36,296 nt of DNA, taken from NCBI GenBank assembly GCA_001275005.1, contig JWZX01001705.1, positions 1 through 36,296 on the forward strand. The letters run 5' to 3'. Shown one piece after another: positions 21,577 to 28,523 of this stretch. Under the pieces are notes generated by a model. It did not search any database. It was not told where the DNA came from and saw only the letters and a list, made by a program, of their open reading frames with translations. The stretch is from Chrysochromulina tobinii (taxonomy: Eukaryota). The stretch's first letter is position 1. Every line of letters begins with the position of its first letter. Both the position numbers and the translations under genes were made by a program.

Positions 21577-24500
21577 ATGCCGCCCACGCAAATGGTGCGC
21601 GCGCTCGCGCTCCTCTACGAATCCTCGGGCGGCAACGCGTGGCGCAACAACTTCAAATGGATGTCCGGCGAGCCGTGTGTCGACGGCTGGTTTGGCGTGC
21701 ACTGCTGCCCCCAGGCGCTGCCGGTCCTGCGCGGGGACGACGAGTGCACCGCCGACGGCGTCGGAGCCACCGGCGTGCTCACGACGCAGGGCAGCGCCGC
21801 CTGCCACTCGGGCTCCGTCACGGGCACCGCCCTCGACCTCGCCACCTGCGTCGTCGTCAAGGTGCTGCTGCCGTCCAACAACCTGATCGGCTCACTCGAC
21901 GGCGCGCTCTGCGGGCTGCAAAACCTGCAGCACCTCGACCTCTCGGGCAACGCGCTGATCGGTGCGCTGCCGTCGACAGCAGACTGCCTGCCGCAGCTCA
22001 CGTCTCTTGACTTAACGGTACGACGGGGATGGGAAGATCCGGGCGGCTTTTCTGGCCACGTGCCCGAGTGGCTCCTCGATCGCCTCGACTTTATGGCGCC
22101 GCTGCGCCTCGCCAACAACGCCTTCCACGACCCGACGGCCGCCGAGTCCGCCGTAGCGATCAGCCGGCTCTGGCAGCGCTGCTCGACGCTCGGCGCGGAG
22201 CAGTGCTCGGGCGTCCCGCCGACTGGCTGCAGCGCTTTCAACCGCCAGGGCCAGCGCTACGAGGTGGAGCTCAACGGCCTCGGATGCGTGCGCTGCCCGA
22301 CGCCGCTCGAGGTTTTTGGCATCGCCGGTGGCGTTGCGGGCGGGGTGCTGCTCTTTGCGCTGCTCGTGGGCATGTACACGCGCTTCGTGCGCAGGCACCC
22401 GGAGTACGCCAAGACCCACGTCGCCTCGGGCATGATCCTCGTGGGCCACCTGCAGACGCTCTCCATCATCGGCAGCTTGCAGCTTGGCTGGCCGCTCATC
22501 ATCCAGGAGATCCTCGCGAGCATCAGCCTGCAGCTCATGGGCTACATCCCGTTGCCGTGCATCCTGACCGACCCGGTGCTCAAGGCGCTGCTGAGCTACG
22601 CGGAATCCGCCGTTGTGATGCTGCTGCTCGTGGGCGCCTGGCTCGTCGCGCGGCGCCGGCGCGACACGGACGGCCTGCTGCGCGAGAGCGAGGCGTGGGC
22701 CGAATACTTTCTGAGCGTGCTCTTCAGCCTGCTCTTTACTGTCGGCCTCCGTGCGAGCGCGACCCTCTTCGCGCGCTACGACGAGGACCAGTCTCGGCAG
22801 GTGACCTCCCGCTTTGTGGCGACGCTCCTCTGGTTCTTCTGGCTCTTCCTGTTCTGGCGCTTCCGCCGGCTGCTGCGCGAGGCCCAGGAGGCGGCGAGGG
22901 AGGCGGCGATGGAGGCTGCGAGAGATGTGCGGCTGCGGCGACGGGCGCGTCGCGCGGCAGAGGCGGTGCGCTACCTGACCGAGCGGTACGCGAGCGACGA
23001 CGGCCCTAGTCATGGTGACTTCCTGCTTTGGGCGGAAAAGCATATCGATGAACCCGTTCGCGATCTGCTGGCCAATGGCACCATCCGGCTGTTGCGCTGT
23101 GCGTGGTTGCTCTCAGCGGACTCGGACAAGTACCTGGGTCGCGATGCGTCCGGTAGGGTGATCATGCGCCGGCGGCAGGAGCTGCCCGAGGAGGCCTTCT
23201 TTACGAATGAAGAAGCGGTCGCGTTGCTCGATCGCGCCGACCGCTCGATTCTCGCCCTCTCCTATCGATGGCTGACCGCATTACATCCGGATCCGCACGG
23301 CATGGCGCTCCTCGCCGTGCGCCGCTTCCTCCGCAGCGAAGCCGGCCTCGACAAGTGCGGAATGTTTTGGGACTTCACCTCGCTTCCGCAGAAGGACATC
23401 ACCAATGGCCAACGTACGGACGATGAGAAAGACACCATGAAGCGCGGGCTTGCTGGTATGGGCAACTTTTACGCGAGCACGTGCGGCACGGCTGTCGTGC
23501 AGCTCAAGGACATCCCGCCGCGTCCGTCCGAGTACGACGGGCGGATGATCGTCTTCGATCAGGCGTTCTCCGAGTCGACGAGCGAGAAGGATGTGAAAGC
23601 CCTCCGAAGCGATCTCGAGCGCTCTGGAGGGAAGATCACCAAGATCGCCATCAAGGCGGGCGAAGCGCACGTGACCTTAGCAACTCACGAGCAGGCGAAA
23701 AACTGCATCGCTGCACTGCACAAGGTCGGCCGTGGTGCGGACACTGTGTACAACGAGACCGCCTATAGCCGCGGCGACGGGCGCATGATCGTCTTCGATG
23801 GCGAGTACTCCGAGAAGACGAGCGAGAAGGATGTGATCGCCGATCTCGAACGCTTCGGAGGGAAGATCGCTCTCAAGGCGGGCGAGGCGCAAGTGACCGC
23901 CATCAAGGCGGGCGAGGCGCAAGTGACCTTTGCAACGCACGAGCAAGCAGAGCGCTGCATCGCTGCACTGCGCAAGGTCGGCCGTCGTGCGGACACTGTG
24001 TACAACGAGCCGTTTACCTTTAGCGGCTGGTGCACTTTCGAGCAGGGCGTCTCGAAGATGGTGGCGGCGCACTTGAACAAGGCATCCCGCCAGGCCAAGG
24101 AGCGCTCGGCCGTGCTGCCGGAGCCCCTTTTGCGCGCCAATGCCAGCCGAGCCAAGGTCATTGACATTAGCGATGAGAAGGTGCGCAAAGTCGAAGTGAC
24201 GGAGTCTCCAGACGCACTCCTCAAGCAGACGAACGATGACCTCGGGAACGCAAAGTTTGTCGGCAAGGGCGAGGCCGTGACGGTCAAGCAGCAGCTCGCC
24301 AACTTCGAGTGGTCGATGAACATGGCCATGGAGCAGGCCACCGCCGAGCACGTTAGGAGGGAGCAGCTCGCTCGTGCACAGTGGCCACTCCGCTCGCAGT
24401 GGCAGCTCGTCGTGTGGACGCGGCAGGGGCTCCTCTTCCTCTTGTCCTTCGCCATGGACTGTGTGATGTGGCTATCGCCGTACGAGGCGCACCGGACCAC

Positions 24501-27500
24501 ACGCTACGTCTTTGCCGCGCTCGCGATCGCCGTCCTCGGCGGCTTCTGGCGGCTGCAGGCCCAGCGTCAGCCGTACGCGATGCGTCGGCAGCATAGGCTC
24601 GAAGTTTTCCTCTACGTGGTCGACATCCTCGTCATCTTCCTCGCCTGCCTGTACGGCGCACTCACGAACGACGGTGCGGTGCAGGACGCGTCCGGGCGGC
24701 TAGCGCTCGAGCTGGGCCTTGGCGCGCTGCTCATCGTCTCCGTGGTCGGTGCGGTGCTGGTCGTCGTGCGCGACGTCGTGCGCGAGCGCAGGTACATCCG
24801 GCAGCGGTACCTAAAGGCGACGCAGTTTTTCGACGTGCCGATCGTGGCCGCCATCCGCGACGGCGCAGTGCGCCTCATCGACTATGCCTGGTTGTTAGAT
24901 CCTGCGCGCTTGCGCTTGGATGATGGGCAGTTGCCGCGCGTCACTAAGGTGGAGGCACGCCTCCCTTCCAACGAGCCGACGAGCGCGCTGATTCGAAGGT
25001 TGGCGACGCACTGCGGGACCTCGTCCATCTGCATCACGGTGGGGACGGTTAAGGTGGCCTCGGCAGCCTCGCTACCCCCCTCGCCGCCTCCCTCTCCTCC
25101 GGAGGTGGCTGCCTCGGATAGAGAGCTCGAGGATTGGTCTTTCCCTGGGCTCAAGACTCGCTTCAAAAACGAGCTGGCCGAAGCGGACCTTGCGCAGCTC
25201 GCGCCCGCGATCATTGAGAAGCTTGGCATCCGATCTGTGGAAAAGCTCCGCGAGTTCAAATTCGACGAGCTCAAGGACAAACTCAAGGCCGCGGCCGGCG
25301 TGACACTCAGACCGGGGCATACCAAGAAGCTCAAGGCGTTTCTCGCCAAGCCTAGTGGCACGGAACTCGTCTCCATTCGGACGATCGTGAGCGAGCGCAC
25401 GAAAGGTTCGCCCGCTCAAAGCTCGACGGCGCTTGCACCGCGCAGCGGCGCGTACCTAGCAAGCCAGCCACTCTACCACAACGACTCGTATCCGTTGCAT
25501 GAGTCGCCGCTGCAGCCACAAAGATCACGATCGGCCGAGCACGACAGCGAGCGCAACGAGTCGGCCCACGACCACGCCAAGTCAATGCCGGGGCGCGCCA
25601 CTTGGAACGGCTCGCCACCTCCATCCAAGGTCACAACCAGCGCTCTGCCGAATACAGTAGACATAACCTTCCACCTCAGCACGTTTGACGAGGCCGCCCC
25701 GCTCACCGCAGCCGGCCTGCGCCGCAAGGCCGTGGAGGTTCGCGACAGGCTAGTTGAGCTTGGGGCCACGGACGTCCACATTGTCACGGGCGCGCTTTTT
25801 CTCCCACGCTGCCAGGATATGCCGTCGAAAGCCTTCCTGCCACCCGAGCGCGCCGCGGACCTCTTTGCGCGGGGGTGCCGCAGAGTTGACGTCGTCAGCT
25901 ATTGCCGGCGCAGCCCTGGCGTGCCCGACCACGATGGCCGCACGCTCGAAACGATCCTCAACCACGCGAAGAATGTGAAGGGCGCAGACGGTGACCGCGG
26001 TCTGTTCGTGGACTTTGCGTGCATCCCGCAGACCTTTGCATGGCCGTCGTGGCACGCCCCGGAGACGGTCCCGCTGCGCTTCGGCGCCGAGGTGGACCAG
26101 GGCGCCGAGGTGGACCAGGGAAAGCTCAAAGTGCTCAAGTTTGAATTGGAGCACGTCGCCACGGAGGACGAGGCGCAGGTTTGCGTCGACAAGCTCGTCT
26201 CCGTATGCGAGGAGCAAAAGTGGGCGCTGGCCTCCATTGCGGACTTGGAGGGCGTCGGCCTGCGCTCACGCCGTGCGCTCTTCCACGGACGTTACATCTC
26301 CGGCGCGTACCGCTTCGACGAGGGAGCCGATGCCGAAGGCTTCGTGCGTTTCAGCGAGGAGAAGGACGCGGAGAAGGCACGGCGCCATCCCGAGCTCGTG
26401 CGCATGTGCCGCGGCAAGGAGCCAAAGCTGATGGGCGAGCGCGTCTTCGAGAATGAGCTCAAGTCTCGCCGCGCCCTCTCCGTCATGGGCAGCCTCTACG
26501 CGTCCGCCACAGGCACCTGTGTGCTGCAGCTCACGGACCCGCCGGTGCTGCAGCTCACGGACCCGCCGGGCGAGCTCGGGGACGACAACGAGCTCGTCTC
26601 CGAGCACACGGGGACCGTCTTCGTCGTGGAGCTTGAGAAGCTGCAGAAGCTGCAGAAGCTGCAGAAGACGCTCAAGGAGCTGCAGAAGGCGCTGCAGAAC
26701 GAGCTGGGTGACAAGTCGCTCGAGGAGCTGCAGAAGGAGCTGCAGAAGGAGCTGCAGAAGGAGCTGCAGAAGCTGCAGAAGGAGCAGAAGACGCTCAAGG
26801 AGCTGCAGGAGAAGCTGGTCGGCGAGTTGCGCAGCTTCTTTGGCAGCTTCTTCTGCGGCAAGTCGCTCAAGGAGCTACAGAAGGCGCCTAAGGAGCTGCA
26901 GAAGGAGCAGAAGGAGCAGAAGGAGCAGCAACTGCAGCAGCTGCAGAAGCTGCAGAAGCTGCAGAAGTCGCTCGAAAAGCTGCAGAAAGAGCTGGTCGGC
27001 GAGTTGCGCAGCTTCTTTGGCAGCTTCTTCTGCAGCAAGTCGCTCAAGGAGCTACAGAAGGCGCTGCAGAAGGCGCTGCAGAACGAGCTGGGTGACAAGC
27101 CGCTCGAGGAGCTGCAGAAGGCGCTGCAGAAGGAGCTGGGCGACGGCGGCGTGCTGGCTTGCGAGAAGAAGGGGTCGGCGGGTGTAGTAGTGGTGCGTGT
27201 CCTCGGGGAGAAGGCGGCGCGCGCCGCGCGCTCACTGAGCGAGGGCGGCTATCCACTTCGTCGTAAGGATCGCGTGGTGTACCCAATGCGCAACTTGGGG
27301 CCGTACGGCTCGTGCGGGTGGCCGACCTTTGAGACGGCCGCCGCCTCGATTGTGCTCGCGCACCTCACGCAGCACAAGCGGGGGGATGGGGCGCTTCCGC
27401 CTGCCGTCGCGCAGGCGGAGAAGAGCAGTCCAAAGCTCATCAACATCGACACCATCGACCGGAAGGTGGTCGCGCAGTCGCCAGAGCGCCTCCTCCGCGA

Positions 27501-28215
27501 GTGCGAAAAGGGTCTGTGCGCGTCTCCCTTCGGACGCTGGCGACCTCCTCCATGCGCGTTTGTGTGTGCGGAGGAGGCGCAGTCGGCAGAGCGCCTCCTC
27601 CGCGAGTGCAAGTTGAAATTGCGCTCCAAGCGGATCTTTTTCACCGGGGAAGCCGAGCGGAAGCAGGTCGTCCAGCTGCTCTCCGACTTTGAGGACTTGA
27701 TCGCGCTCGAGTTTGACCAGAAGCGCCCCGAGCACCTCAAGCTCAGGACGGAGGACCTCGAGCACGCGCACACCGCGGAGCTGCGCGAGGCGCGCAGGAG
27801 GCGATCCCGCAAGGAGCAGGAGAGCCTCCGAAGACACGTGGAGGATGAGCCGACGCACACAAGCTACGCCAAGACCGAGGTCGCCACTAAGGATCCGTTG
27901 CGCAAATCGGCGCGACTGTCTGCGACTCCATCTCTTCACCTGCTTCCACAGAAGTTGCCAGCGCCCCAGCGCTACCCCATCGCCAGCAGAGTGTTTGTGA
28001 CACGCAACAACGGAGCGGAGACTCTCGCCTATGTCAAAGCGTACGATGCCGTGCAGCAAAAATACACGGTGGAGCTCGAACAGCTTGACTCTAAGAAGTT
28101 CAAGAAGTGCGACGAAACATCGCTGCGAGAGTTCAACGTATTAGGGGTTATCCTTATCTCTGCACGCGATATGTTCCGCCCTGCACGCGTCGACGATGAC
28201 CTCTTCGATGCATAG
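21400..28215 (+). CDS. Giant receptor-like membrane protein: SPPPP linker - LRRNT/LRR - ~9 TM with an inserted HET-like module - second HET-like module with SAM-like, RRM-like and coiled-coil inserts - C-terminal SH3/Tudor-like barrel; 5' end uncertain
   Basis: LRRNT (ALALLYESSGGNAW..W..GEPC..WFGVHC) and plant-type LRRs (LPSNNLIGSL, LDLSGNALIGALP) are present, with hydrophobic helices at 22312-22860 and 24400-24780. HET-like motifs occur twice: SYRWL..HPDP/FWDFTSLPQ/MGNFYA/GWCTFE and SYC../FVDFACIPQ/MGSLYA/GWPTFE. The frame is uninterrupted for 6.8 kb. Confidence 0.8.
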   Translation, partial: PPPPSPPPPSPPPPSPPPPSPPPPSPPPPSPPPPSPPPPSPPPPSPPPLPPPPSPPPPSMPPTQMVRALALLYESSGGNAWRNNFKWMSGEPCVDGWFGVHCCPQALPVLRGDDECTADGVGATGVLTTQGSAACHSGSVTGTALDLATCVVVKVLLPSNNLIGSLDGALCGLQNLQHLDLSGNALIGALPSTADCLPQLTSLDLTVRRGWEDPGGFSGHVPEWLLDRLDFMAPLRLANNAFHDPTAAESAVAISRLWQRCSTLGAEQCSGVPPTGCSAFNRQGQRYEVELNGLGCVRCPTPLEVFGIAGGVAGGVLLFALLVGMYTRFVRRHPEYAKTHVASGMILVGHLQTLSIIGSLQLGWPLIIQEILASISLQLMGYIPLPCILTDPVLKALLSYAESAVVMLLLVGAWLVARRRRDTDGLLRESEAWAEYFLSVLFSLLFTVGLRASATLFARYDEDQSRQVTSRFVATLLWFFWLFLFWRFRRLLREAQEAAREAAMEAARDVRLRRRARRAAEAVRYLTERYASDDGPSHGDFLLWAEKHIDEPVRDLLANGTIRLLRCAWLLSADSDKYLGRDASGRVIMRRRQELPEEAFFTNEEAVALLDRADRSILALSYRWLTALHPDPHGMALLAVRRFLRSEAGLDKCGMFWDFTSLPQKDITNGQRTDDEKDTMKRGLAGMGNFYASTCGTAVVQLKDIPPRPSEYDGRMIVFDQAFSESTSEKDVKALRSDLERSGGKITKIAIKAGEAHVTLATHEQAKNCIAALHKVGRGADTVYNETAYSRGDGRMIVFDGEYSEKTSEKDVIADLERFGGKIALKAGEAQVTAIKAGEAQVTFATHEQAERCIAALRKVGRRADTVYNEPFTFSGWCTFEQGVSKMVAAHLNKASRQAKERSAVLPEPLLRANASRAKVIDISDEKVRKVEVTESPDALLKQTNDDLGNAKFVGKGEAVTVKQQLANFEWSMNMAMEQATAEHVRREQLARAQWPLRSQWQLVVWTRQGLLFLLSFAMDCVMWLSPYEAHRTTRYVFAALAIAVLGGFWRLQAQRQPYAMRRQHRLEVFLYVVDILVIFLACLYGALTNDGAVQDASGRLALELGLGALLIVSVVGAVLVVVRDVVRERRYIRQRYLKATQFFDVPIVAAIRDGAVRLIDYAWLLDPARLRLDDGQLPRVTKVEARLPSNEPTSALIRRLATHCGTSSICITVGTVKVASAASLPPSPPPSPPEVAASDRELEDWSFPGLKTRFKNELAEADLAQLAPAIIEKLGIRSVEKLREFKFDELKDKLKAAAGVTLRPGHTKKLKAFLAKPSGTELVSIRTIVSERTKGSPAQSSTALAPRSGAYLASQPLYHNDSYPLHESPLQPQRSRSAEHDSERNESAHDHAKSMPGRATWNGSPPPSKVTTSALPNTVDITFHLSTFDEAAPLTAAGLRRKAVEVRDRLVELGATDVHIVTGALFLPRCQDMPSKAFLPPERAADLFARGCRRVDVVSYCRRSPGVPDHDGRTLETILNHAKNVKGADGDRGLFVDFACIPQTFAWPSWHAPETVPLRFGAEVDQGAEVDQGKLKVLKFELEHVATEDEAQVCVDKLVSVCEEQKWALASIADLEGVGLRSRRALFHGRYISGAYRFDEGADAEGFVRFSEEKDAEKARRHPELVRMCRGKEPKLMGERVFENELKSRRALSVMGSLYASATGTCVLQLTDPPVLQLTDPPGELGDDNELVSEHTGTVFVVELEKLQKLQKLQKTLKELQKALQNELGDKSLEELQKELQKELQKELQKLQKEQKTLKELQEKLVGELRSFFGSFFCGKSLKELQKAPKELQKEQKEQKEQQLQQLQKLQKLQKSLEKLQKELVGELRSFFGSFFCSKSLKELQKALQKALQNELGDKPLEELQKALQKELGDGGVLACEKKGSAGVVVVRVLGEKAARAARSLSEGGYPLRRKDRVVYPMRNLGPYGSCGWPTFETAAASIVLAHLTQHKRGDGALPPAVAQAEKSSPKLINIDTIDRKVVAQSPERLLRECEKGLCASPFGRWRPPPCAFVCAEEAQSAERLLRECKLKLRSKRIFFTGEAERKQVVQLLSDFEDLIALEFDQKRPEHLKLRTEDLEHAHTAELREARRRRSRKEQESLRRHVEDEPTHTSYAKTEVATKDPLRKSARLSATPSLHLLPQKLPAPQRYPIASRVFVTRNNGAETLAYVKAYDAVQQKYTVELEQLDSKKFKKCDETSLREFNVLGVILISARDMFRPARVDDDLFDA
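26630..27140 (+). repeat. Coding 9/12-nt microrepeats (LQK/ELQK) with a nested ~177-nt duplication
   Basis: ctgcagaag and gagctgcagaag arrays. The block ggcgagttgcgcagcttctttggcagcttcttctgc occurs at 26821 and 26998. Confidence 0.9.
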
Positions 28216-28523
28216 AATGGTTCTGGGCGGCATGTGCACAAAGAGTTTCACTACCTGCTTCCATGCAGACCGCAACCCAGACCCAGTAACCTGCCGCCTG
28301 TACAGAACTCGACTGTCTCCTGTAATACATGTAATAGTTGTACGAAGCTGTGTCTCGTGTGGCGTGGCCTGAATTTGTCGCCGTACAATACAAACGAGCG
28401 CAGTAGACATTCAATTCTTTGTAGCAAATCAATACCGCCGACTGTGGGCCGGGCTCACGAGGATTCGCGTGACGAAACCGCCGTGCTGAGCGCTAGGGTT
28501 TTTTGCGCTGTCGGTGGTCCCGC

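Noticed and set aside
21196..21587. ORF-track N-termini MMISCSS... (plus) and MGGIEGGGGE... (minus)
   Set aside because: Each is the antisense read-through of the opposite gene, and the minus 'start' is a GTG, so neither is a real N-terminus.
20170..28440. Idea that the INPP4/receptor block is a transposon or Helitron cargo
   Set aside because: I found no terminal inverted repeats, target-site duplication or transposase by eye.
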